Of a stretch of DNA of 64,000 nucleotides, positions 11,719-23,539 are shown in pieces. The stretch is from Trichosphaerium sp. ATCC 40318. Its lineage: Eukaryota; Protista; Tubulinea. The notes beneath the pieces were generated by a model. That model ran no database searches, was not told the origin of the DNA, and saw only the letters and a list, made by a program, of their open reading frames with translations. Position 1 is the first letter of the stretch; each line of letters opens with the position of its first letter. The position numbers and the translations under genes were made by a program. Location: assembly GCA_038496445.1 (NCBI GenBank), contig JALMLS010000520.1, forward strand, positions 62,001-126,000. Reading direction: 5' to 3'.

Positions 11719-12636
11719 ACGAAAAGCGTTTTAGACCTTCCCACAGAGATTTTAGCTCTTATTTTACGTAAAACAACAAAATCTCGCTTTGCCGCTTCTC
11801 AAACTTGTCGTCGCCTTTCCTCTATCATTCACGACATTATCGGATACTGTCGCATTTACGTTTCAAGTGTTGACCAAGCAAAAGCAATTTTAAAACACTC
11901 AAGTACTCTCCAGCACACACGCATCAAACTTACTGGTAAAGCAACATCTAATGAAGTTATAAAGGCGTTTGCTGGTGTTCGTTACATTTTTCTTAGCTCA
12001 TGTGGACAGCCTTTAATTGATGAAGGATTAAAAGCACTTTCTGGTGTACATACCATTTCTCTTGATTTTACCTCGGTTACAGATGAAGGATTAAAAGCAC
12101 TTTCTGGCGCACATACCATTTCTCTTAATGATACCTCAATTGCAGATGAAGGGTTGAAAGCACTTTCTGGCGTACATACCATTTCTCTTAATGATACCTC
12201 AGTTACAAATGAAGGATTGAAAGCACTTTCTGGAGTTCACACAATCTATCTATCTAATACCTCAGTTACAGATGAAGGATTAACAGCACTTTCTGGTGTT
12301 CATACCATCCATCTATCTGATACCTCAGTTACAGATGAAGGATTGAAAGCACTTTCTGGTGTTCATACTATTTTTCTTAATAATACATCAGTTACAAATG
12401 AAGGCTTAAAAGCACTTTCCGGCGTTCATACAATCTTTCTAGAGAACACATCTGTTACAGATGAAGGGCTAAAAGCACTTGTTGGCGTCCATACCTTATC
12501 TCTGTCATATTGTTGGTACATTACAGATAAAGGGTTAAAAGAAATTGTTGGTGTAAAAAATATCTATCTGGCTAACACAAGGGTTACACCTGAAGGGTTA
12601 AAAGTTCTTTCTGGTGTACATTTTGTTAATATTTAG
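11719..12636 (+). CDS. F-box + 21-aa LRR repeat protein; reading frame begins at ACG rather than ATG
   Basis: Stop-free frame after TAA at 11713: (ACG)KSVLDLPTEILALIL...AASQTCRRLSSIIHDIIG, then tandem GVHTIxLxxTSVTDEGLKALS units of 63 bp. Confidence 0.75.
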   Translation, partial: TKSVLDLPTEILALILRKTTKSRFAASQTCRRLSSIIHDIIGYCRIYVSSVDQAKAILKHSSTLQHTRIKLTGKATSNEVIKAFAGVRYIFLSSCGQPLIDEGLKALSGVHTISLDFTSVTDEGLKALSGAHTISLNDTSIADEGLKALSGVHTISLNDTSVTNEGLKALSGVHTIYLSNTSVTDEGLTALSGVHTIHLSDTSVTDEGLKALSGVHTIFLNNTSVTNEGLKALSGVHTIFLENTSVTDEGLKALVGVHTLSLSYCWYITDKGLKEIVGVKNIYLANTRVTPEGLKVLSGVHFVNI

Positions 12637-13041
12637 ACCAATACGTTTGAACCACCAATACACAACAAAGACTCTTGGTAAGAAAGAAACACATTTATCC
12701 TAATAGATAGTTCAAACTCAGAGCAAGCATATGATGGAAATGAAAGCAATTTGTATGAAAGTAATATAAAGAAACTCAGTTCTATTTGCTATAGTAGTTG
12801 TTGCTTGCTTGCTGACGATCGCCTGTTCTGTTCGCCGGCTGAAATGTGCATCTTTTTCAGTCAGAAGCTTTAACTTGCTTTCAAGCAACTATACAGCTCA
12901 GATGCGCAATCTATGGGCGACAATATTGCAAAACTCTACTAATTTTTTATTGACTTTTGTTTGTTTGCTTTGATAATACAACTTTCTTTTTTTCTTTTCT
13001 TCTGATTTTTTGTGCTGCTTTTCAACACATTTGAAAAAAAT

Positions 13042-16000
13042 TTAAGCAAAGATTTGGGATTCTCCCTCGACACCATCAGGTTTGAAGATTTGGGATGTTT
13101 GAGCACCACCGCTGGCAAGACCATCAGCAGTAAGGACTTGGAATGCCTTAGCAGCAGCCAAAGAAGCAAGTACAAGAGCAACAATGACAGCAATGATAAT
13201 GACAGCAAGTACACCAGCACCGATGGAAATACCGGTTACAGCGGCATCACCGAGAACACAGATTGTTGAATCAACGAAACTTTGTTCACAGACGTTCTCT
13301 GCTGCTTTTGTATCAGTGGCGTTGCTGAAAGAAAGTAAGTAACAATTTGTAGAAAAAGAAAAAAAAAAAGAACACGTACTAGAAGACACAGTCAGCTACA
13401 TGACATTTATCTTTAGGAGTACATTCAATGTTGGCAATACGACATCCCAAAGTTCTAGAGTTCCGATTTAGTACTGTGAAGGAAGAATCTTTGGCGGTTT
13501 TTTTCAGAAATCCATTTTCATTCAAAATGATACGTACGGGTGACACATAGCGCCAGTTTGACATGGAATAGTAACGTTGAAGTTAGGACATTCTTGGTAC
13601 TCGTTTACACATCCTAGTGTAGGGCTAAAATAGTACGTTAAGCTTTGTTACTCAAGAAACGTAATGTGAAGAAAAAAAGTACTTCCTCGCAATAATCTCT
13701 TGTACATCCACTGAAATCGTTACATACTTCAGTTTCGTTGATAGGAGTGTTTACACATACACCAAGTGGATCGTTTCTGGTGTCACATGTATCGATGGTA
13801 CAGCTAAAGATTGAGGTTAGTCACTGCGAAGTCAAACTTTTTTTCCTTTTTTTTTTAAAACGTACTTGCTGCCATCATCGCAGAGGCTTCTGAAAGAGCA
13901 CTCTCCAGTGAGTGGGTCACAAAGAGCTTCGAAACAGTTGTTTGGTGGAAGACACTTGGTCTCATTTTGACAACCCACAGAGTTATCGCAAGAGTAGAGC
14001 AAGCACTTGTCAGTTTTGTTACAATCAAGTTTCTCGAAAACACATCCAGTGACACTAAAGAAAAAGTATAAGGTCACGTGACCAAAATATTTTCAAAGTA
14101 AAAGTATTGTTCAAACCAAGAAACAAAGGAATGCAAGGTCTGTTCACATACGGGTCACAACTGGCGACTTCACATTCGTTTCTCTTATCACAAACAACAT
14201 CTTCAGTTGTACAACCAGTATCCGGATTACAACCGTCAATGATACATGCACTGCCGCTGTCGCATACTTTAGGTGTTGCAACACACTCTCCAGTGGTTAT
14301 GTCACATGTATCAATGATACATTGGGAGTTTCTGTGGGTAAACGTTAGCAACACAAAAAAAAAATGAACTAAATATTGCTGAAAGAGTGCGTACGAGTTA
14401 CAGTCAGGAGTAGTATCTCTGATTCTGCAATTTTCTGTAGGGATATTGCTAGAACCATCAACGTCACAGAAGGTAGCTTGGCACTTGTTAGCCTAAGAAA
14501 GAGTGTAAGAGGTTAAATAATCATAACCATAAAAAACAACAAATTTTTTCGTACATCGAGCTCATCTCTGAATACTGCATCACAGTCAACTTCAGCACCA
14601 GTTCCTACGATCTGGCATTTATCACACATACGATTGACGTTTTCGCAAACACCAGTCACTGCATTACATGTGTCTGTGGTACAGAAAAGACCATCATCAC
14701 AGTCCTTTGGTCTTTCTTGACAACCAACAGCAGCTATAATTCTATGTTAGTCTCCAAGTATAATGATTTAAATCCGTACGATCACAAGTGTAAACCTTGC
14801 AAGGATCTCCCTCATTGCAATCAACATCTGTTGTCGTACAGCCTTGATTAAAAATGTTAGTTTGAAATCTCTGGGGTTTTTTTTTTCTTCAAAGACGCAT
14901 ACCAGTAACAGGATCGCAGTCGTATATTTTACATTTGTCGGTTCCAGAGCAATCTACACGTTCACGTTTACAACCATCATCACAAGTATGGATCCAGCAT
15001 GCCTAAAAAACAAGAATAAGAAACAATAGTCGTTCATGTGAACCTAAAAAAAAAACCCATACAGTTTGGAACTCGCTTGCAGCACGGCGTTCGCATTCGG
15101 CATCAGTAATAGTAGTAGATTGACATCCTGTAGCTGGGTTACAACTGGTTTCTTGACATTGGTTGGCAGGATCACACGTTACATCTTTGATGACACACTA
15201 AGACAAAGTCAAAAAAGTGAGGAAGTGGCAAAACAATTTGAGCAAACGTACACCAACAGCAGGTTCGCATGAGTTATCGGTACATTCGCTGTTATCATTA
15301 CATTGGCTCTGGATGTCTGTGAATACACAACCGACTATAAAAACGTTAGAAAACGCGATAAAGAGAAAAAATAAGAACAAGAGCAAAACGTACTTGCAGG
15401 GTCGCATGTACATTCATTGTTGTCGTTACATGTAATTGGGATTTGTACACACCCGAAACCAGCGTTATTAACACATTTAGCCTCATGGCACTCATCTTTT
15501 GGTTCACAGCTGCTAGGGCAAGTACATTCTTGTCCACAGTGGCAGAATCCGTTGCAAGAAGCACCACAGTCGTTAACAGTGTTAACTGGGCAGATAACTG
15601 TGAGGATATCTTGGAGTTTTTGGTTAAGGGAGGCGAAATCTGCAAGAACAAGTTAGAGAGAAGCCCATATAGGTTTAAGGAAGTACATACCGGCTACAGC
15701 GATGTGATCAGCTGGCCATTCGCTAGTAAAGAGTTTGAGATCATCTTCAGACAAGCTATCACCAACACCAATGGACACCATCTTGTATCCAGCGGCTCTT
15801 GCGCGGTCAGTCCATTCGATAAGTTCATCGCGACCACCACAGTTATCACAACTTCCAGTACCGCCAGGTCCCCAAACACTGTAAAGGCCGGTTAGAGAAA
15901 ATTACGGGAATAAAAAATTGTTTTTGTTAAAACCACGTACGGTCCTTGACCACGGCAACAGTCGTTGGCACATGGGCTACTACAACCACAAGCGCTCAAT

Positions 16001-17734
16001 TCGCATGGACGGTTGTTAAAACCATCAGTCAGTGTTACAATGATACCAGGTGTACCCGGTCTCTTGTTTGTTTGTAGCTCTTCGTAAGCGAGTTCAATAC
16101 CACATCCAATGCAAGTGTAAGAACTGACTTTTGTGATACCTAAAAGAATCACGTGTTAGAAATATGTGCAAAGCGGTTTTTTTTAAAAAGCGTACTTCTG
16201 AGCTGATTCAAGATAGATGCCTTAGAGGCTGACATGGTCAATAGATTACGACCAACAGTAGAGTAAAGTTTGATGGCTTTAAAAAAAAGTAAGAAAAGTA
16301 AAAGCCAAAGAAAAGGTAGTACCAAAGTTAGCGCCTGTTGGACCAACTTCAAAAGCTTCGACAAGATCTTCTGCGAAAGCCTTCAATTGATTCCACTACA
16401 ACAAATTTAGAAACAAAACAAACAAACAAATAATAATAAACGCTTATGAAAACGTACTTCATTGTTATTAATAGAACCAGACTCATCCAATACTAGGACG
16501 ATATCGAATACTTGAGAACACTCATCAGTACATCCACCGCCACCAGGTAGCTTCCTAGAAGAGGTATAAGAATAAACGTGTAGTAGAGGAGGAACAATAA
16601 TTTATCGTAATTTTTCATTTCGAAAATAATCAAAACACCGTCGCAAGTTTTTCCGTACTTTTTTTCAGCGACAGAATCCAAGAAAGCGTCATCAGGGAAA
16701 GAGCCTGTTGTGATAGCGCCGTTAAATTTCCATGTCTCTCCACTTGAGAATTCAACACTAAAAAAAATCGCTTGGTTAGATAATTATCACGTGATAATAA
16801 AAAAAAAAAATGCTGCAAAAAGAAGCGAAAAAGAATATCGCGTACAGACAGATGTCGTTACCGTTGAAGCACAAGGTATCGACTTGCCCATTGGCATTAG
16901 TTGGGTTTTCGTTAAAACATGTTTGGCAACCATCGCGTGCTGCGGTAGTACCACCTGTAGATACTAGATCTGGTATGTTTCTGTCCTCACCGAAGGCTTC
17001 GCAAGCATCTGAACACTTACGCAAGCGAAGATTCTAAACGATCCCAATATTTTGTGAGTTTGTAAAATGTGCACGTTTTTTTTGAAAATTTTACAAGTAA
17101 GCTAGCGTACCTCATCGTAAATGTATGCTTCACTCAAAGAACCAGCTTGAATGCCTGTGTAGGTCCTACCGATTGTCAGACACAAAAAAGGAAAAAAGAA
17201 AAAATCCAAATGAAAAAAAAACCAAAAGCTTTCTTGCATTTTGTAATAATTACTCCGAAAACCGCACTGTCACAACCGCTCTCAACACCCCACAACCTTT
17301 CAAAAACACAAAATTGAAGAAAGTGGCATCTCTCGAACTTTAGGAACAAAGTACCAACCAAGTAAATTTAAAAGAGGTAAATTTTTTTTACTTTGTAAGA
17401 AAAATCAAATATCGTAAACTACGAGTTTAGTAACGTACCATGCGATACGTTCATTATTTTTATCATAGTACATAGATTCGGCTTCTAGAACACCCTACAA
17501 AAGAAGTAAGAAACACAGTTGGGTAAAAACCAAAGCAAGTTGACCCTGACATTCGAAAGAGTAGACAACAAATTACAGAAAAGAAAAAGTGCCTTTCAGA
17601 AGAAAGGGGAAGGTACGTGTACGTACATTTATAAAAGGACGGTTGGTGATGACTACATCTTTAGCAGTAAAACTAGCGCGTCCGGCCGCATAGGCTAGGG
17701 CGAAAAGAACAGCGAGGAGGATGAGTTGTCTCAT
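13042..17734 (-). CDS. Type-I membrane protein: signal peptide, vWA domain (MIDAS), Dictyostelium-type Cys repeats, TM, short tail; copy 1, multi-exon
   Basis: Signal peptide MRQLILLAVLFALAYA; DIVLVLDESGS and IIVTLTDG vWA motifs; many CDDxxxCTxDxCDPxxGC repeats; TM GAGVLAVIIIAVIVALVLASLAAAK. Confidence 0.9.
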
Positions 17735-18292
17735 CTGTAGTGAAACTGAGATTTTGTTCACAAATGCGGGGACTCACGTCATTGATTTGTGTACGCTTGG
17801 TGCGTCCGTTTGCGCAAGTTCATAAAAACCGCCGAGGGGTGCTTGTATATCGTTTTGCAATAGTTTTTAAGACATTTTGATATCAGATAACGTCACGAGG
17901 TAGCATCCTTACAAACGACCTTCTAGCGGTGCTGCAAACACCATAAGCGTATTATAAGACGATACCAGAAGAAACGTCTTCTCGGAGGAAAGCGGATTAA
18001 ATCCCAAAACCCATCCCACGTTCGCTGCTGCCAGCGGCATTTTGAAGCCAATAGTATTCGCACACGAAAAACTCAAAATAAAATAAAAGTCGAACTTTCA
18101 TTGCCGCAAAAATTGTTTTGCGGCCACCGAACTTCACTTTTTCTTACATAGAAATATAACTTAAGAGGCAGGGCTAGGACGCACTAAGCTCTTACTAATT
18201 TTCATAAAGTTGTAATAAAACGCGTTAGACAGTAAAAACAGCTCTTAAGCGTCCCTCAAGTAAAAGGCGACCATTTTGTTTCGTTGGCGTCA

Positions 18293-20020
18293 TATATGGG
18301 AGGTCCTCTAATTTCACTGCTTAGATTATGCAAGACCTCTAATTCTATTGGTCAGACTATGCACACCCTCTAAGTTTCTGATTTTAAACCATTGGCAGCG
18401 TACTTTTCACAGTCCAGTGTTTTACAAAATATTGAAATTGTAAATTACCGTTCTGTTAACAGTAATTTAAACGCAAACAGCCATAAATCCCAATCCGTGA
18501 AGGCTATTTGGCGAAATGGAAATTACCATTCTGTTAACAGTAATTTAAACACAAAAACAGCCTTAGATCAGTGAAGGCTACTTGGCCTAATTACTATTAC
18601 AACAATGCCTCAACAGCGAGTTTGTTTTGCTTTTTTAGTGCTGTTTTGTTTTGGTTTTTAATTGTTTTATTGCCTCATGTTGCCTAGTAAACTGTGATCT
18701 GGTATCACAGTTTGCGGCTATTGAGGGATCACTTGCATCTTTTTTATTAAGTTGTCCGGGTAAGTGGGAAACTGTATTAAGTGTACTAACTTAATAGGGT
18801 GGACTTATGTACTCTTTTTTTAAACCAATTATAACGTACTTGACCATTACTTTTCAAGTGGCCACTTGATGTAACTTGAATCTATAACGTAGTTATTATT
18901 TTGAGGTATGAGGTTTAGATAGGGGTAAGTTGAGGACAGTTTATTGTAATGATGTATTTAGGGTTTAGTGCTAGTTTTTTGTTTACTTTTTAGATAGGTG
19001 GTTGTTTAGGACCAATAACGACACTTGTTGTACTTCAGTTTTAGTAACGTGATAGTGTACAAAACCACCTTTTACAGCGTGCTTGTCTATGTAGGAGGGT
19101 ACGTAACTCTTTTTTGTTCATGAATGCAAGATTCTTTTATTCAATTGACATACAGTGTGTTGTACCGTCTAATGAAAGTAGTGAAGTACAAACGAGCTGT
19201 TTTCCGTGAGGTGTAGCTTATTGTCAATCTACACGCGAAGCCCATGCGAGCGCAGTGCCCTTGAGTCGTCTAGGTAAATCTTGAGCGGGTATCAAGGTTG
19301 CCGAAAGTAGACAATACCTGTTTGTTAGCTTGGATCAGTCTTTTGGTAAACATTCTTTAACTATGGGAGCACGTTACCATTTATTGAGGGTGTGGTTTAT
19401 TGCCAAATCACCTACAATATACGTTTATCAATCATTGTATTTTTAAAATTTCACACTATTCAATCAACAGCGCACAAGATAACAAATACCAGCGAAGCCC
19501 AAGCTAGCCACTGCCCTTGAGCTAGTATAATCAATCTACAGCGTACTTGATAGCAGACCAGCAAAGTGCAAGCAAGTCACTACACCTGAGTTATCTAGCC
19601 ACAACCTTCAGTGTTAATATTACATGATAGATAAACGTGATAATCATAAAAGCCTTAAGATAGTACCTAAGTTAGTCTATTTCCACCCCTATCCTTAATA
19701 TTAATACACTTCCCAGCATAGCAAAACGTGTGGTTTATACGCCACCTACACAACAACATGTTAACACTATCAATCTACAACACACTTGATAACCATGAAC
19801 CAGCGAAGCCCAAGCGAGCCACTGCTCTTAAGTTACTCTACTCAATCAACAATGCACAAGATAACCAAGACCAGCGAAGCCCAAGCGAGCCACTACCCTT
19901 AAGTTAGCTAGACACAACCTTGCTCTGGTAGCAAGGTTTGGCGTTTAATATACCACACATTTTGCTATAGGCTGGGAAACTGTATTAAGGTGCTTTAACT
20001 GTGTTAAGTTACTGCCCCTT
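18293..20020. repeat. ORF-poor block of short tandem and dispersed repeats, absent from the duplicated copy
   Basis: ~31-bp CCTCTAA.. tandem at ~18307; AATTACC.TTCTGTTAACAGTAATTTAAAC twice (~18443, ~18521); GCGAAGCCCA.GC.AGC four times (~19235, 19491, 19802, 19873). Confidence 0.7.
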
Positions 20021-20455
20021 AAGCGCCTTGAATTTTTTATCAGGTGGGTTACGGGCAACACGTTGTAGACAACTCTCAGGGTGGGTAGTAGTGAATATTT
20101 GTGAATGTAGGCTGTATTTTAATATTCAAATTATTCATTCATAACGGAAGGGCGTTAGACTGTCCGTTAGCCGTTATGCTGTACGCCCAGCTTCAGTAAA
20201 AAGTTTGGTATCTAGATACCCAAAAAGTAACGTCTAGACGCCTAGAAAGTACTTGTCTTTGGTAACTTCAAAAAAGGAAAATTTTGTCGGCGTGAATTAT
20301 TTATTTACAACCAAAACATTTCAATAAAGTGGACTTCAGACCGCTCTTCTAGTTGGAAACATAATACTTGATTTTTGGTGTCTCTGTTCGTATTAATCAA
20401 TCATTCTTTTTTATTTTTCTGTGACACTTGTTTGTTTCTAAATTTTTGGCTAAAC

Positions 20456-21109
20456 TAGCGATGTTCCAAACGGATAGATTGCAAAATTCGTATTTGAACC
20501 AAATTTTCTTGGTTTATTCGAATATATTCTTCTCGCTTTTTTTGTGGTGAGATAAAACGGCACAAATTACATCCTTATTGCTGTCCTGAACCCATTTTTT
20601 TACATCCGAACACGTCTGAGACTTTTTTTAATAGAGCAAGTGATACAGATAAAACTACAAAATTGTGTTAAAATATGTTTTACCTCAAGTGATGGCTATT
20701 TCTACGCGTGGAAAGTACTAAAAAGTGGTTTTGAGACAGCAAAAAAATAGATCACGTGGCGTGCTCAAGATTGGCTCGAATTGTCAAAAAAACGTCACCA
20801 CTGGCACAATTTCACACAACAAAAGTGTCGGTTAGGCATACTGTGACTTAGTTTTACCGCTAAAATGTAGATATCTTAAACTCACTCAATATAGGGCTTT
20901 CAACCACTCTATGTATAGAAATATGCATTTTAAAACGTATGAGAGTGGTTTGGATGAACAAAAAGCACTTGGTGATTAAAAAAAAAGCCAACAACTTTCA
21001 GTTTCACAGTCGCTCTTCTCTGAAAACCGAATCGGAATATATTCGACTATTTCCAACTTTTTACGTTCTGGCGATAGATTCGGTATTCTATTCGTTTGGA
21101 ACATCGCTA
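20456..21109. mobile_element. hAT-type non-autonomous element (654 bp)
   Basis: Perfect 17-bp TIR TAGCGATGTTCCAAACG / CGTTTGGAACATCGCTA. Perfect 8-bp TSD GGCTAAAC at 20448-20455 and 21110-21117. Confidence 0.92.
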
Positions 21110-21294
21110 GGCTAAACACGTGTACACAGTGTTGAACAAAGTTGACTCATTTATTGTGTTGTTGATAGTTTTAATTACTTTTGTAGTAATAAGGATGCTG
21201 ACTAGTCCCAATTCTATAGTAAAAAAGGTATATCAGATATCAGATTGTTTTAATCACAATACAAACTACCTAACAACCAATACATAGAGATTTA

Positions 21295-22552
21295 ATGCGC
21301 AATCAGACAATTACCATCTATTAAACCTCCCGCTGGAGATTCAGCTTGATATTATAGATTTGGACTCATTTGTGTATTTAATTTGGCCGATTATGTCGAA
21401 ACAGGCGGCTAAGACCACAAGGTTTGATAATGAGATGAACAAGCATGGAAAATGGCAGGCACATATCAATAACATACTTGTAGATCAAACCTACTGGAAA
21501 CACGGTGTACAAGAGGGGCCATAGTTTTTTCCGAATTTTCCGAAAACAAAAATTCGAAAAAATAGAATTCGTAGAAAGATGCATAGCTAGGGCAGTCCAC
21601 TAAACTAGAAAGCGCCTGGTTCACTTACGGTCGGGTCCTCGCTGTGCTCGGAACTAGAACCCGACCTTCGCTCACATATAGTGATCCATTGGTGGGTATA
21701 GGCATTCGGTTTTTGTATCGAATTCTATTTTTTCGAATTTTTTCTTTCGAAAAATTCAAAAAAAACGTGGGTCCGGTACAAGATGGAGAATGCAAGGAAT
21801 GGTATGACAATGGCCAATTGAGGAGTAGTGGAAATTACATCAATGGTAAGAGAGAAGGAGATTTCAAGAAATGGTATGATAATGGCCAACTGTGTAACCG
21901 TGGAAATTACATCAATGGTAAGAGAGAAGGAAAGTTCAAGAAATGGTATGATGATGGCCAATTGTGTGGCCAGCAGAATTACATAAATGATAAATGTGAA
22001 GGAGTATACAAGGAATGGTATTGGAACAATGGCTAATTATGGTGCCAGTGTAATTACATCAATGGTGAGCTAGAAGGAGATTTCAAGAAATGGTATGACA
22101 ATGGCCAATTGAAAGAGCAGTGTATTTACATCAATGGTAAGAGAGAAGGAGATTTCAAGAAATGGTATGACAATGGCCAATTGTTTAATCAGCAGAATTA
22201 TATAAATGATAAACATGAAGGAGAATACAAGGGTTGGTATGATAATGGCCAATTGTGTGGCCAGCAGAATTACATAAATGATAAACGTGAAGGAGAATAC
22301 AAGGGTTGGTATGATAATGGCCAATTGTGCGGCCAGCAGAATTACATAAATGATAAACGTGAAGGAGAATACAAGAGTTGGTATGATAATGGCCAATTGA
22401 AAGAGCAGTATAATTACATCAATGGTAAGAGAGATGGAGAATACAAGAGATGGTATGTCAATGGCCAGTTGTGGGCTTTATGTTATTACATCAATGGGGA
22501 GCAAAAAGGAGAACATAAACTATGGCTTAAGAATGGTCAATTGTGGGCGTAA
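21295..22552 (+). pseudogene. F-box-like + MORN-variant repeat pseudogene, disrupted by a MITE and a nonsense codon
   Basis: N-terminus LLNLPLEIQLDIID...AAKTTRFDNEMNKHGKW; insertion at 21515-21775; in-frame TAA at 22034-22036 where CAA is expected; 72-bp repeats GEYKGWYDNGQLCGQQNYINDKRE; no in-frame ATG found. Confidence 0.85.
21515..21775. mobile_element. MITE (261 bp) with ~57-bp imperfect TIRs and 8-bp TSD
   Basis: TSD GTACAAGA at 21507-21514 and 21776-21783. TIR core AAAAATTCGAAAAAATAGAATTCG and its reverse complement. Removing the element plus one TSD restores HGVQDGECKEWY. Confidence 0.92.
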
Positions 22553-23124
22553 TATGATATCAGATTCGGAATTTGTTGGACGTTCACAATGCAAACATGA
22601 GAAAAAACTTGTTAGTTTATTTTAAATAAAGTAGCATCTTGCAGCTACCACTTGATACACTTTTATATCTTTTTTCTTTCTTGTAACGGTATTTGTAGGA
22701 AAATCACGTGTTGCGTGAATGACTACCAATACTACCTACTGCAAACAAAATTGTAGCTGAGTGGCAAACAATTTCTTTTCATCCGTAATGGTAAGTACCT
22801 TTCAGCAACACATTGATATATTTTTTGTTGTACATCTAATTACTTTCTCTCATAAACCTAAGATTTGACCAGTATTGAACTAAACTTTAATAAAACTAAA
22901 GGCGTCAATTAAACGCAAAAAGTATTCTTGGTGTACAGTACATACAGCACACAGTCTCACAATTTTTAAAATGACTTTGATTTACTTTCGGTGGTTCATT
23001 CAATCAATGTTGAGTGAGGTTGGCTACTTTACAGTTGACATTAAAGGCATTTTCCGACTGGTTGGTTTACGGTTTAAACGCTACTATCTGATTCATCTCC
23101 TGAACCATTTGCATGCACTACTTC

Positions 23125-23475
23125 ACTTGTAACAAAGTTACCTCTGCTGACTTTCTCTAGTTTTCGTTTCATCTCTGAAAGACGTTATTTTAAGTCAGCT
23201 TTGACTTTTCTAATGTGTCTACTTTTTGTTGTAGTTCGTTTTCTTGTATCAAAACCTCCTGAGCCAAAAGTACCAGACATGACTCTCGAACTAGCCGAAC
23301 CTCCTGTGCTTTTTTTGAGTTCTTCTTCACTTTTTGTCATGTAGTACATCCGTGGGATAAGCAATGATAAGATTGATATGAATGGTCCGAGAATAAGACA
23401 TACAGATCGAAGAACAAACGCCACCTCACGGTTACTTGATCCAAAGACCTTGTGACAGCGAATCCAATCGGTCTG
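23125..23475 (-). pseudogene. 3' fragment of a family-C GPCR paralogue
   Basis: AFVLRSVCLILGPFISILSLLIPRMYYMTK closely matches the TM7/tail of 1378-4863. Premature TAA in the coiled coil (ADLK*RLSEMKRKLEK). No upstream exons visible. Confidence 0.75.
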
Positions 23476-23539
23476 AAAAAAAAAAAAGATTAGTCATATT
23501 TTTAAACATCAGTTCGAATGTCATGTCCTCACCTCGATT

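Larger units (their letters stand above)
10395..20090. repeat. Source/paralogue of the inverted duplicate at ~53955-60025
   Basis: Reverse-complement matches: 10395-10925 to 59635-60025, 12907-18293 to 54041-59631, and 20020-20090 to 53955-54040. Confidence 0.9.

Noticed and set aside
18290-20025. piggyBac insertion at TTAA
   Set aside because: The left flank is not TTAA, the ends are GGG...CCC rather than CCC...GGG, and there is no TIR.
21505-21782. MITE acting as an introner (GT at 21505 to AG at 21782 would restore the frame)
   Set aside because: The donor GTGTAC is weak, and the gene also has a downstream nonsense codon and no in-frame start.
22034-22036. TAA reassigned to Gln (alternative genetic code)
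   Set aside because: Intact genes here terminate with TAA/TAG and long ORFs lack in-frame TAA, so this is an isolated nonsense mutation.
21780-22550. 72-bp periodic repeats as a CRISPR array or satellite
   Set aside because: They are in-frame MORN-variant coding repeats with no unique spacers, and the context is eukaryotic.
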